From: Sphaerodactylus townsendi
Taxonomy: Eukaryota
Assembly (NCBI RefSeq): GCF_021028975.2
Contig: NC_059430.1
Location: 101,308,001 to 101,372,000, forward strand
Direction: 5' to 3'
DNA length: 64,000 nt
The notes beneath the pieces were generated by a model. That model saw nothing but the letters and a program-made list of their open reading frames with translations, had not been told where the DNA came from and made no database searches. Below, one piece after another: positions 49,891 through 63,530 of this stretch (position 1 is the first letter of the stretch; each line of letters begins with the position of its first letter). The position numbers and the translations under genes are program-made.

Positions 49891-51333
49891 ACTAACTGAA
49901 GCTGCAGCATTTTATTTATATATTCAAATGGCTGAAAGTAGGCTTACAAGCTTCCAGGTCAGGAGTGGGATGGGGAGAAGGGGAGGATTCTTTTGGAATT
50001 AAAGCTGCTCTCTAGACTATGGAGATCAGTTCCCCCGGAAAACATAGCAGCTTTGGAGGTTGAACTGAGGAATCATATCTCTGCCGAGTCCTGGCAACCC
50101 TAGTCATGAGCCTAGTTAGGTGTTGAGGAAAACGTAATAGGCTTCCGTTCAAAATAACAGAATGCACAAATGTAAATCCTTCCTCCCATGCTTAACATCT
50201 TCTCATAATCTGGGAGAATTTTAATGCAAAGGGGACTGGAAAATGTGATGCACTGTAAGTATAACTGCATTAATAGGACTTTGAAACTTTCACAAAGAGC
50301 CATTTCCAGGACTCCACATGAACTGTTGTTGGTGTGGAAATATTCAAAGAGGAACGTCTTCCTCCAGACCATAAAATTTAGCACAGTATATTTGCTAATA
50401 ACTTTTTCTGTGATGTTTGTAGAGTGGGAAATTATTCATTCAATGAACACATGAATATGTTCAAGCAGTAATTAAAAACAGACAATGCTTTAGATCTGGG
50501 GTGCTTTTTTGTTTTTGAATTGTAATTCTCATTTGGCACTGGAGTCCCCAAGAGAGAGACTAGGAGAAAAAAAAACTAGCCTTTTTCCAGGTATCCATGG
50601 CCAAACACAGCCTAGATTAAGAATTCAAATTGTTAATTTGCTCTTACTCAGAAATTAAAGCAGCCCAAATAGCCCAGCTTAGTCTAAACTTGTCAGAGCT
50701 TAAATGGTTAATACTTATATGAGATATCGCAAAGGAAGGCTGGGGTTGCTATGCAGAGGACAGCAACAGCAAACCACCTCTGCTTGTCTCTTACCAGATG
50801 GGTGGTAAGAACCTGTGGATGGGTTCACCATGAGTCAGTGCCATGTTTTTCAGATGCTGAAGCCTGATTTAAAGTTAATGGCAAAGGCATTCAACAGCTG
50901 GGCCATTCCCATGATGACTCTGTTAAACTGGACGGGGATACCTGCCATGTAGCTGAATTGCATGGGCGGCAGCAGCTCAGTTAAAAGATAATAGGGGGGA
51001 GCACAAAAGAAGAATGCTTTTGTTTTTGCCAATGGCACATTTAAATCAGGTCTAAACATTATGCTATAACGAAGACCAATGTTATCTCCAGCCAGAAATC
51101 AACATGCTAATCTTGGAGGATCGATTTAGACAAACTCCTGAAAGCTGAGTTTAAGGAAAAGTTAACAGTTCTTTATAGACTTTCTATGTTCATATATGGC
51201 TTTATGAACCTATAACATATATGGCCCTAACAAATTTTCCTCAACTTTAGGATCTTCCCCAAAATTAAGGAACACAACTAATTTTTCAGTTTTCACGATA
51301 TTATATTTTTAATTAGCAGACAAGAGGCACTTA

Positions 51334-52063
51334 CCGTATATACTCACATATTAAGTCGAATTTTTCAGCACATTTTTTGTGCCGAAAAAGCCCCCCTCGA
51401 CTTATACGCAAGTGAAGTGTATTTTAAAAAATATTTTAGGGTTTTTACTTTGTCGGCCTTTAGGGGGTGCAGTTTTTAGGCTAGTGACACCAAAATTTCA
51501 GGGTATCATCAGGTGACACTCCTGATGATACCAGCCAGGTTTGGTGAAGTTTGGTTCAGAGAGTCCAAAGAGGCCACCCATCCCCCATTGTTTCCAATGG
51601 GAGCTAATAGTAGGTGGGGCTACATTTTGAGGGTCCATAACTTTGGACCCCTTGAACCAAACTTCACTAAACCTGGGTGGCATCATCAGGAGGCTCTCCT
51701 AAAGATACTCTGAAATGTTGGTACTGCTAACATAAACATTCCTTCCCTGACAGGCACCCTCAAATTTTCCCCAGATTCTCCCTTTAAATCACCCCCACCC
51801 CTTCTGAGTGGATTTAAAGGGAGAATCAGGGCTTACAGAGCTAGTTTACTGTTTTTATTTGAAACAAATATTCAAAAACATTTAACCTACTAATGTCTCA
51901 ATGAATATAATGTTATTGGCATCTATTTTTATTTTTGAAATTTCCCAGTAGCTGCTGCATTTCCCACCCTCGACTTACACGCTAGTCAATAAGTTTTCCC
52001 AGTTTTTTGTGGTAAAATAAAGTGCCTCGACTTATATGCAGGTTGACTTATACACAAGTATGG
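51334..52063. mobile_element. Non-autonomous Tc1/mariner-superfamily (Tc2/pogo-like) element
   Basis: TA|CCGTATATACTC...AAGTCGA left end; repeated CCTCGACTTATA subterminal motifs; right end ...AGTATGG|TA. Confidence 0.65.
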
Positions 52064-52330
52064 TAATTGACTGAAGAAAATACCAGGCAACAAAATGAAA
52101 TTGATAGACGCAATGGCATTTGAGATTTGTTGAGCCCTAACCTATCTAAAGCTAAAGTTTGTGGTGAATGATCGTTCTCTTACCTAAAGGATCCTGAAAG
52201 AGGGGCTTGAGCCCTGCAACATCTTACCAAATGATATTTCCCAGGATTTTTTAGAAGCAGCAGTGACATTTCATACAAAAACAACAGTCTATAGTACAGA
52301 TAGCCCCAAACTTTAAAAGTGAAACCATGA

Positions 52331-52408
52331 AATCCTGTGCAGAGTTACTCCAGTCTAAGCTCACTGAAGACAGTGGAATTAGACTGCAGTAACTCCGCAA
52401 AGGATTGT
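52331..52408. repeat. Short hairpin/MITE-like palindrome downstream of the KPNA6 stop
   Basis: aatcctgtgcagagttactccagtctaa..cactg..cagtg..ttagactgcagtaactccgcaaaggatt. Confidence 0.7.
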
Positions 52409-54321
52409 ACTATAAGTGTACGAGTCAGTTCTGTGCAACTGTCAAAGCTAACACAAATGCAAATACTTTAGTGGGTTAAACTGCAAACTCCGGTAGAGAA
52501 ACTGCATACCTTAATCAAGTCATGCACAGCCTAATCTATAGACCCTACCGCACAGGGCTCGTGAGAGACAGTTTTTCTCGCTGAAGGGCTAGATACCAGT
52601 GTCCACATTGCGAGGGGGAGAAAAAAAAAACTTTCACTCCAGGCGTTATCTGGTTTGCAGTCATTGAATGCACAGATGTAGTTTATTAACTTCCTTGGCA
52701 TTTTTTTTCTAAACAATGAGAAGAGTAAATCTGTTACAAAATACAGCCAAAGGCTTCACCTCCAATTTCATATCTACTTGAATGTCTGTACTAGAAGGCT
52801 TTGGGAACCCTGAATCCAGACCTTGGAAAGCAAGAAGGGGAATATGTGCATACAGTAAGGTTCTATTAAGACACCTGAAGGGGTCTCTTCCCCTACCCCA
52901 GAAATAAATTTATGGATTGCCTGATGCGGCTAACATCCAGCCTTATCCAAGTAGCTCTGCCCAGTAATAAGAATTCAATCAAGCAAGTGTTTCATACCGT
53001 ACATACATGAGAAGCACAGCCATGTTTCTGGGCAGGACTGCTACACAGTACCCCATTTCTCTTATAAGAATTTTATAATTCCCCTGCTTCTGAAGACCAG
53101 ATTAGACAAATATCTATGTGTATATAATATATAAAAAATACAGAACTTTGACTTCTTCATTTAGAAGTAAATGTACACAATATAGTTGTGAGCAGGAGGT
53201 AATTCTGAGAGAAACAGGCCACTTGGCTATTTGAATTAACAGAGTAAATTATGCCACCGAGTGTAACTAATATCACTCTCCCCAAGAAAAAAAAATCACG
53301 TCTGTCCCCATTACAACTGTCCAAGGGTATGGGGAGGTGGGGGGGGGGGGGGAACGACATGAACTGCTCCTCCCCCCCAAAAAAGAGAGCTTCCATAAGT
53401 TTTGAATTTTTTTTCTTCAAGTAAAGATGTAAGATGGGGTTTCTTCCACCAGTTTTCAACACTTCAGTCAGTAGCAAATGTAAGTGAAGCCTACCTTCAC
53501 GGTAGTTGTGCTTCAAGTCCTTTTATCATGCACCTCTCCCTCATAGGGGACCTTTATGGGCTGGAGGGGACAGGGCTTGCTGCTTTGAACAATTCAAAAA
53601 TTCCCCACCACCACCAAGGATAAAGTCTTGTGAACATGTGATGGGGTATGATGGGAGTTGTCCAACTTTTCCTGCATCGGATGTTTTTAACAGTGGGGCA
53701 GGAGGAAGAAAATTGTGGCCATCACCAGGCCCACATCACTTGAAAGGTGCTGTTTGGCAAGAAGGTTTTCCAACAAAAAAAAAAGTGAGGGCCAAAGCAG
53801 TACTTTTGGCAGATTAAGGAGTCTTTAATAAAAATTAACATGTGCAAAAAAGTATTTTTAAATAGTTGAGCCCAAAGCGTCCAGGGTTAGACTCCTCGGC
53901 TCCAGTGTGTGTCTTTTTGCCTTCTCCCAATGAAGAGTGTCATCTCTCGAGTACCCAAGTGAAGAGTCACAACATTTGAGGAAAAGCCACCACAGAAAAG
54001 GGGGGGAACACATGTGCTAGAAGGTGCAACGCGAATATACACCTCTTCTTTCATCCACCTCAGCCCCTGCTTTTGATACACCGTGGAGCAGCAAAAGAAA
54101 AGATATATTTACTGTGTGTGTAAGAATCTCTCTTCCTCATGAGAGCAAAGCATTACTGCCAGGTGTTGGTGAAGGAGAAAGCCATTTGTAACCGATGGAG
54201 TTGGCGCTTTACAGCCTTGCGCTCTGCAGACAAGAGATCGGGGGCTAGGAGACAGAAGGCTCTCCGTGGTTAACTTCCCAGCAAAGTTACGGTGTTTCCC
54301 CCCATATACACTCAGCACATG

Positions 54322-54509
54322 TTATAGCTGGAAGCCTTCCATGGGGGCCTCGGGTTGCTGGAAGATGAACTGCTGCTGGTTCTCATCTACCTGGGGAGCC
54401 AAAGCGGAGTCATCGTCCTCAATACCAAAATAGTGCTCAATCAGGTCAAAGGCCTTCTGGTAGATCTCTTGGTTTTCATGGCTCTGGAGGAACTCTATTT
54501 TATCCAAGC
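54322..54509 (-). CDS. KPNA6: KPNA6 (importin alpha-7) last exon
   Basis: [28 protein letters not shown]...[13 protein letters not shown]-terminus and synteny with TXLNA identify KPNA6. Confidence 0.95.
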
Positions 54510-54643
54510 CTGGAGAAGAAACACATTTTTGCCCCCACAATTACTGAAAAATATTCACAGATTAGGATATAGTCACGTAAACGCTCTTTTAAAGTAAAGA
54601 AATTCAACATGGCCACCAATTTCACACCCACTCTCAGGCTTAC

Positions 54644-54822
54644 CATATGCTTCCTCAATGAGGCTACAGTAAGGGTTGATGCCAGTGCTGCTCTGCTTGG
54701 CCTCTTGCTCACCCAGTCGCAAAATGTTCTCCAAGCCATTGAGAGCCACTTGAACAATCTTGGAGTCCATGACTGTCAAGAGGTCACAGAGTGGCTTGAT
54801 GCAGCCCAGATTTACCAAATAC
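54644..54822 (-). CDS. KPNA6: KPNA6 exon
   Basis: [40 protein letters not shown]...IEEAYG; AG/GT flanks. Confidence 0.95.
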
Positions 54823-55149
54823 CTGGAGAGAGAGGGATACCACATGTAGATCAGAGCCCTAACATTTAAATATTGCCTGTCAGCCATTCATTAAGTTCCT
54901 ACATTGAAAAACATGCCAATGACGTGACAAAAATAGAAATTACATGGCCAACAGGCTAGATAAATCCCACAAGTTTAAAAAGCCAGTAAAATTGAAGCAC
55001 TGAAGCTACTGGAGGGGGAAAGAATCCAGATGTCAAATTTATGTTTCTGAACTTGATACATCCCAGGTTTATTTTTTATGGAACTGTTGGAAACACAGAA
55101 CAGTATCCATAGCTCAAAAATGTTGACCGGAAAAGACCTGCCAACTTAC

Positions 55150-55277
55150 TTGATCTGCTCTGGGGTTCCACCAGATGTAGCATTTGTGATTGCCCATGCA
55201 GCCTCTTTCCGTGTCCGGAATTCAGCCTTTTGCAAAATCTCAATCAGCACTGGGAAAATGTTGGCATCTATGACAGC
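55150..55277 (-). CDS. KPNA6: KPNA6 exon
   Basis: [43 protein letters not shown]. Confidence 0.95.
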
Positions 55278-55470
55278 CTAGAGCAGGATGGGAGGAAGAA
55301 AATACATTACACCCCCGTACTGATGAACTTACTGCTCCCTCCATGCTATCCATCCACCAGGCCCGCTGCATATCAAAACATTCCATTGTCTTCTCTTGCT
55401 GTAGGCTGCCCTGCATAAAACTTGGGACTACCAGCCCCATGGAATTTTTGTCTCACATGTGAAGTTGTAC

Positions 55471-55596
55471 CTGTATTTGAGCTCTGTTCCCTGCTGTGAC
55501 ATTGGAGATCGTCCAGCAGGCTTCTTTCCGGATGGATTCTTTGGGGCTGCTGAGCAGATGAAGGAGGCAAGGCAGAGCTGAGCAATTCAGAATCAC
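55471..55596 (-). CDS. KPNA6: KPNA6 exon
   Basis: [42 protein letters not shown]. Confidence 0.95.
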
Positions 55597-56294
55597 CTAA
55601 GAAAGGAAAGCCATGATTATCTAGAAGATTGTTCTCCTAACCTACCCACACAGCACAAAGCACCTTCTCCCAGCACTTGGAAACAAAGACGTTTGCAGTA
55701 TTTGCAACCAATTCCAGGTGCAAGAGACATTTCCCTATTCCCTCTATTATTCAGAGCCATCCCCTGAAATTAAGACAGCATCCCTCTTCACAATAGAGGG
55801 GTGTCTGATGGCATTTGCACAGCTTCTTACAGACGCCCAAACTGAATTATTCTCCTTGATCATTGCCAAGTTGCAGAACAAGACATTTGTACCACATTAA
55901 CTTGGAAGGAAGATTATCCTGAAAGTAAGACCACCCCCAAAGTGAATGTTATGCATAAAGGCAGAGGATGCAAAAGTTTTTTTTAAACCTTGTAAAAAAG
56001 CAGCTATATATATATATATATATTGTTAAAAAGTAATCGAAATACAATAAACAGAGACTACAGTAGTAAATAATTACTTTCACTGTTTTGCACCTCATTA
56101 CACTTTAACTGTTCCCATAGTACTGAATCATAATGTTTCATATTTATTAAAGCAACAGGCTGGCTTTTTAATCACCCCTCCCCCACCCATCAGTAGACCT
56201 ATTAAAGCAAAGGCTCAGATTAACTGACCAACAGGCAGCAAAACCTGTGTCACAGTGTCACTTTTACTGCCACTGCGGCAAGCTTTGTCTAAAG

Positions 56295-56367
56295 AAGGGG
56301 GCCAATCTATGGCACCCCAGATGTTCATGGACTACAATTCCCATCAGCCCCTGCTGGCATGGTCAAT
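56295..56367. mobile_element. Half copy of the palindromic hAT MITE
   Basis: ccagatgttcatggactacaattcccatcagcccctgctggcatggtcaa. Confidence 0.7.
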
Positions 56368-56432
56368 GTACACATGCCCAGCGGAGGACAATTCCCATCT
56401 CTTTATTAGAAAGCCAAAGCAAGTTGACTCAC

Positions 56433-56511
56433 CTGAGTCTGGATGTCATCCCCTGTCACAATATTGCCAACAGCTCGCAGAGCTGGGGAAGCCACCTTGT
56501 AATCCGTATGC
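56433..56511 (-). CDS. KPNA6: KPNA6 exon
   Basis: [26 protein letters not shown]. Confidence 0.95.
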
Positions 56512-57066
56512 CTGTGAGGGAAGAACAGAACATAGCCATTGCACCCCTGCATCATAAGGAACACTTCATTGTTATTAGAACTCATCTTACCTCCTCAACA
56601 AAATAAAAAATGTCTGATAAATTGTGCCAGTATAGATCCTTCCCATTCTATTCTACGGGGCACTGGTGTGGTTGGCAACTGAAAACAGCAATATACCTTG
56701 AAATGTTCAAGTTAGGCACAGCAACAGGATGCCAAGTTGCACAGAAGGAAAGCTGAACTTTGGTTTACTATGTCCACACCCAACTATGCCTAATGCTGCC
56801 TTGAGCTAAGAGGAAAGGCAGGGTATAAACCATAATAAATACACTCTGTCCAATGAACTAAGGGATTTGCAGAATGCAACATCGTGCCTTTATACACTGT
56901 GTCTTTACACTGCCCGACGCTTCTGTACTGAGATTCGCCTCCCATCTACAAAACTTGCATTTAGATCTCTAACTGGGCCAATGACTCCACTTAGGCTCCA
57001 TGTTGGGGATGCTACCCTAAGGGGTAAAGGACTAATTCCAACTTCCTTCACAGGCTGGACACTTAC

Positions 57067-57230
57067 ATTAGCAACTCCACCAGTCGGCGACATACCCCAG
57101 AGTCTATTACAGCCTGGATTTTCTCATTAGGGCCATCTGATAGGTAGGAGAGCGCCCAGCATGCATCTGCCAGCAAGTCTGAGTCGCTGCTGAAGAGTAA
57201 GCGTGACAAGACAGGCAAACAGGACGACAC
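57067..57230 (-). CDS. KPNA6: KPNA6 exon
   Basis: [55 protein letters not shown] (ARM repeats). Confidence 0.95.
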
Positions 57231-58121
57231 CTACCAAGAAGTACAAGCACAGCAGAAAGTTAGTAAGGATCCCGTAAGATGAAAGAATAAGGGCTGATGA
57301 CCAGCAGTGCATGTGTACAGCAAAGATTTACACACACCCAAAAGTTTTCGTATACAGGTGTCCCATTTAACAGAAATTAAAATCCATGGGTTTGCAGCGT
57401 TGATTGCGTTAATGGTTCCAGATGCAAGTCCCTTAAGGCTGGATACTACTTTTCTGCACAAAGGGAGAAAAAGCAAGCCCCTCTGGCTTCAATACTGCTC
57501 CCATCATCCCTCCACTAGTATGACAGCATAGAAGTGTACTGCGCAGGGTAGTCATGTTCCTGAGTGGTGCTAGCCCAAACAGAGATGGAGCGAACTTCTA
57601 CCTAAAGAGGCTACACTATGTTTAGGGATGTGCTTTATAAAGTGAACAGGACTGCAGACTGCACCACTGGGTAATGCTTGTATTATCTGTTGCTGCATGT
57701 ATCATCCTATTCCTACTGCACTGTTTCCTGCTTGTGTAATTCCATGTTCTGCATTAAGACTATAACTGTCCAATTTTTTTTGCATTGTGCAAACTTTCAT
57801 AGCCCTAGTCCAACTGCATTGCTTACTAGACATGTCATCCTCCCACAGTTGAGTCACACTGTATAATCTTCTTCAATCGCTGTGGGAATTGTAGACTATA
57901 AACAAACTAAATTAAGGATGAAATAAAATTTCTTCCAGACGTGTTCATTCACTGCAGAGATTTTTTTTTACATAGGGTTAGAGTTAAGTAATATGAACCC
58001 TACAGCCCTGCACTTTAAATATGAAGCAGTATAATCCAGAATTGTTCTGTCTTGTTCTGCAGGTAAGGCTGAAATGTCTGGGGCAAGGGAGAAGGAAGTG
58101 ATACACTTTCTTACATCTTAC

Positions 58122-58221
58122 CTTTTCAAATTCAGGGGGTGGGTTCTTCCCTCTGCACAAATTCGACAAAGCCCAAACAGCATTTCGTGTCATTGTCAAC
58201 CGGGTTGATTTTGTGAGGAGC
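58122..58221 (-). CDS. KPNA6: KPNA6 exon
   Basis: [33 protein letters not shown]. Confidence 0.95.
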
Positions 58222-59205
58222 CTAAGAAATATGCAAAATAAGTTTCACTCTCTTTGGCTGCACCTGTTTTTCCTGACAGCTGCCGTTTATTGTTATCAGA
58301 CTGACTGTTCATTCCCACAGCATCAGAATTAAATCCATTAATTCTGCATATAATTTCACAATTCAGGATTTCACACCCTGCACAGCCATTTGGGATGAAC
58401 CGGAATAGCTTTATTTCAAAGCTCAAGTGGATTTGACACTGAAGCCTCCAACAAACCAAGATAAAATATCTACTGCATTGTAGTTGACACTTATAAGGTT
58501 ATTCTTTTTTATTTCACTTTCCCCTACAAGAGAGCTCAGATGAGTTAAATGGAATACAACATTTTCTCATCACTGCACAGCAAAGTGGCTCCATTCACAG
58601 GTAGAGGGATTTGCCCTACAAAGCCACCCCATAAGCTTCAAGGCACCTTAAGGGAATGGGGAATTTGAACCTGTTAACCTTTCTAAAAGAGGTGGGTTTC
58701 AATCACCATTTTCCAAAGAACGGAGATCTGTTTGCAGGAAAGGACAAGAGGCCTTCTAGATCCCCCCAGATAGAGGAGATCTCCCAGACTCACACCCCCA
58801 GACTCTTCAGATTAACTTGCCTTTTGCTAGACCAGTGTGCCACAAGCGAGCACTAACAAGGTGTGCCGCAAAAAAGATGCCTGTAGAACGATTACAAGTC
58901 AATCAAGCAAGAGTCAAGTTGCACATTACAGAATAACCTGTGTCCCCAACCAGACATCCCTAGCTGGTTTGGTCTGGGAAAAATCCCTTTCAAGTTCTCA
59001 GCAAGGCAATTAGTAAGAACCCTTGTAAAGAAAAACTATTGGGTCTACACAGAGTTCACTCCAGCCAATGAAATGTTTCCCACTCAATGCCATGGAAGCA
59101 GCGGAATGGAAGCACACACAAAGATGTAACCCCTGGGTCAGGACAAATGGCATGCAGTTTGGAAGACTCCTGGTGTTTCTATCCCATGCCTCAAAGACTA
59201 CTCAC

Positions 59206-59294
59206 AACAACAAAGGGGGAAGGATGTCACAGTTCAGGACGTAGTCGCGACAAGCAGAGCTGTCTCCAGCAATGTTCCCCAGCGCCCAAACAGC
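59206..59294 (-). CDS. KPNA6: KPNA6 exon
   Basis: [29 protein letters not shown]. Confidence 0.95.
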
Positions 59295-59961
59295 CTGGAA
59301 GAAGAGCAGGAGCTTCAGCATTCAGCCCTTGGATGGAGGGGAGAGGAGGCAACGGTGGAGAAGAAAGCCATTCTCTGGGCCACTCATTAGCAACCACCCC
59401 AAGACTCTACCAGCTTATGTCAGCTTTCTGTCTATGGTAACTAACAAAGAAAAGTCCTTTACGAACTCCATCCTCTGTACCTGAAATCAACCCCACAGCC
59501 CTACAGAAAGCTAATGCTAAAGTTTGGCCTGCTAGCAGCAGGAAATCCACCTGTAACTCCTTTTTTTTCATCCCATCACTGAAGTGGCCCCGCCTTCAGT
59601 GTTTTCTTGCCTCTCCATCTCCTCTGAATCTCTACATACACCAAGCATTAGTGATGTATGTGGCAAAGGGCCCACTTCCTGCCAACACCTAGGCACTAGC
59701 CTATCATTTCCCTGTCACAAAAACTGTACTGCGTCAATATCCGTTGCTGTTACATCTGCCCTGAGCAGTTAGAATGCCTGAAAATTCTATGATACTATTT
59801 CAGCTCAGCCAATGGCACACTTTTGGGCTGGAAGATTCACAGCTTTTCTTCATTTAAACAACATTTCACAACCAGCAGTCTGACAAGGGAAGACATCTGG
59901 CCGAGGCGAAATACATTTGAAAGAAAATCTTTCAGAATGGAGCCACCAACCACCTATTTTA

Positions 59962-60156
<195 letters not shown>

Positions 60157-60991
60157 TTAAAGAATGCCACCACAGACCCCAACACAACAGCTCTGCAGGA
60201 TGAAGGGTCTGCCCAGAGTTTGGTTTCAGTGAGTTAAAACTGATTTGCTGAGGTGTTTAACTTAAGTACTTTTAGACGCTTTTCCTGGAAGTACCATAGT
60301 TCAGAAAATGGTCCTGGCACACTTTCTTTATGGCTGCATCTTACTACACCTCAAAATGATTCAATGTCTCAGTGGCTCATAGTCCTGTGGAAGTGGAAAT
60401 GCATTCTCCAGAGTTGGTTTCAGACTGTATTCTCTTATATTGGAGATACATAGTCTATGGCACCTTTGGGAGCCCATCACAAGTTTTCTCTGATTGAGCT
60501 GATTTTTGCAACCAGGGGTGGAGTGGGCTACTTATTACAAAAATCCATGCACCGCCTGCCCAGAGATAATTGGACTGAGGATTGCAAAGATAAAATGTGA
60601 TAAAAATCACAACATTCACAGAGGGTGTTAAGACTTAACAATAAGAAAACCTCAGCCCTTAAAATGCATACAAAGCTGTAGTTCAACTCTATTGGTTACA
60701 TTAATAACTATTTTTTTAAAAAAATCTATCAAGACCAAAGCCCTTGGATAGGGTACTGGAGTTTACTTCATCTTCCTCCTGCCTTCAGCAACAGCATAGT
60801 TTCAGGGCATTTGTCTGAAATGGGTTTCTTATGAGGTACCACTTTGTGATTAATTCCTTGGCAATCCCATACAACATGTTGAATCATAAAGTTTATCAAG
60901 CTCTTCTGTGCAAGAGCAGGAACTACTTGGTTTCCAAACAGTTGAGAATCTAGCCAACTAAACACAAAAGCACATTTCCCAGACTCCTCAC

Positions 60992-61086
60992 CTGTAATGT
61001 GCTATTGTCACTTCTCTTGAGGAATTCAACAAACCTGTCCACTACTCCCTGAGAGCTTATCACTTCATCAATTGGAGGATTTGGCT
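60992..61086 (-). CDS. KPNA6: KPNA6 exon
   Basis: [32 protein letters not shown]. Confidence 0.95.
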
Positions 61087-61873
61087 CTGAAAAGCAAGGG
61101 GGGGGGGGAGGAACACATTGTAATACAATCAAAGAAGTCATATTATACAAATATAAAATTAATATACCGAGATTAAAATTCACAACTTAATTGTTCTGTA
61201 ATTAGTTATACATAAAATTTATTAAAATGTTTGAAGCATCTGCTTTTTTATGGAGCCATCAGAGCTTGCATTGCAGCTAGAATTGTGCTCAGACAGTTTG
61301 TGTATATTTCCACTGGGAGAGAAATCAAGATCAGAACACCTGGAAATAGACTTTGTTCTACGGAAAGTAATATTCAAAATGATTATTTTCCTCAGATTGC
61401 AGTATTCAACCTCATATACACATTTTCAAATCTCCTTTAAAAGAAATTCCCTTGCTATTACATGTGAAATCACCTTATTGGTTAGGCTAGTTTTGCACAG
61501 TACATCAACATGTCAACACAGTATAGCTGCATGCAAGCAGGTACAGCCTAGCAAAAACTTGTGTAAAAGTTTTAAATTCAATTCAATTCCATCTTTAATG
61601 GCATATATATAAAAGTTTTCATTGTAAGAGTGATTTCTAAACAACCAGAATTGAACCATTAACCCTGATCTAGTCTTGTTTGAATAATCCCACTCTTATT
61701 ACAGCATTATCTTCATAGATTATCTTTTTAAAAAAAATGAAGACTTTTCAGGTAAGCCATTTCAAAATGTTGGGCATTTTCAGGTCGCTACAGAAATACC
61801 GTGTATGAATCTTTGTTAAGTGTTTAAATATAAGAACAGCCCCCATATAAATGCTTTTTAAAACTGCATTTAC

Positions 61874-61973
61874 CTTTAGAAAGCAGTTTCCTGAACTTCT
61901 GGGTAGTTACTAGCTGAAGGTCAGGGTCTTCTGAGAACAGCATTTCCACCATCTCTCTTGTGATAACTCCCTC
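61874..61973 (-). CDS. KPNA6: KPNA6 exon (most 5' exon in window; IBB-domain exons lie beyond 64000)
   Basis: [33 protein letters not shown]; 100 nt with AG/GT flanks. Confidence 0.93.
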
Positions 61974-62259
61974 CTAAAAAGACAACATACCAGATCTAAG
62001 ATGCTTCCCAATGAATCCTAGCCTCAGATTTAGCATACTTAGATGCAGTATCAGCAACATTCAGCTTCTCAGAAACAGAGACGACTAAAGTGGGAATAAG
62101 AATGGAGGAAAGAGTTGAGCTAATGTATGGTCCTCTTCAGAATCTTCATCTTCCACTTCCTGCAAGCAACTGAAAAAAATATCCCTTCAAATCTTAACAA
62201 AATGGCTACACTCATGCTAAGTTAATATTACAACCTCATAAAAGCACACTTTCTTTACA

Positions 62260-63530
62260 TGGGGGGTCTTAAAGAGGTCTATCTCTGGAAAACCCCAGGT
62301 CTGGAAAATGGGTGTCAGATAGACATCTTGGATAGACCACTTGTGGTTGTGCTGACTGACATGATCTGCCAGTTTGTTGTGGATGCCTGTTATGTGGATG
62401 GCCCACATGGAGATGCTGTTGGCTACAGTGAGTTCCCAGGTCCTCATAGCCTCCAAACAAAGGGCCATGGACCCCATGCCCCCCTGCTTGTTAAGATAAC
62501 ACATAGTATATGCATTGTTGGTTTGGATTACAACTTTCCTCCCACTAAGTACGTCTGCAAAGGAGATGAGGGCAAAACGTACAGCACGTGACTCAAGATT
62601 ATTTATGTGTAAGGAACAAACCCTCTCATTCCAGTCTCCGTATTCTCCTGCTTCTGCAGTGAGTGCCCCAGCCCTGGAGGGATGAATCAGAAGTGAGTAT
62701 GTCCTGAGGGCACCAAGCCCCAAGGGAACCCCCTTAGAAAGGTTATCCATGTTGAGCCAATGGACCTAATCACAGCACAAGGAATTGAGAAATGGTGATG
62801 AAGAAAATAGAGGGGTGGAGATGATGAACCACAGCTGAAGTGGCACATGCAAACACACGTATGTGTGAACACAGTAGTGGTTGATACCATCAGACACAAG
62901 AGTCTTTGGATGGCAACAACTGATTGCCTACATTGTCATTTAAAAGAGCAGGCAACATGCATTAATTTCAATGCCCTTTCCCGAGGGAAGAAGGCTCTGG
63001 ATGCTGAAGAATCTAAAAACAGCTCCAACAAAGGGGGCCAAGGTCACAGGAGTAAGTTTGGATTTAGCAATGTTAATAACAAATCCTATGTGTTTAAGTA
63101 ATGGGTCAGTGTGGTAGATTAGATTATGTTTGGGCAACTGTAAATGTGGGTCATTTGTTATTTGTTACATGTTAATAACTGCTTCTTGTGGTGTTTTGCT
63201 ATCATGGTGTTAATATTTGTTGCTATCTTATGTGTTTCAATGGTTTTATGTGTGTTTTATGTTCAATGTTTTTTTAAAAGAAGAAAATTAATAAAAAGTA
63301 TTATGTAAAAAAAAACCCACATCCTAGGCTATGGCATGTTGCGATTACAACCTTCACCTGTGAATGGAGCTTAACTTCAGAAGATGCTGTAATCAGCCAG
63401 TCATCCAAATTAGTGAAGACTGAGCAACCCAGCGTATGAAGGTACGCAACTACCACAGCCATACACTTGGTAAAGACCTATGGTGGCAAGAAGAGAACTA
63501 AGGGTAGAGAGGGCACACCCTCCCAGTCAT
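62260..63530 (-). mobile_element. Decayed DIRS (tyrosine-recombinase retrotransposon) RT/RNase H fragment
   Basis: VFTKCMAVVVAYL..G..VF.NLDDWLI (near 63400-63480), GFVINIAKSKL.P, HINNLESRAV..TNN..YLNKQGG..HITG..NKLAD..WGFPEIDLF. Confidence 0.85.
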
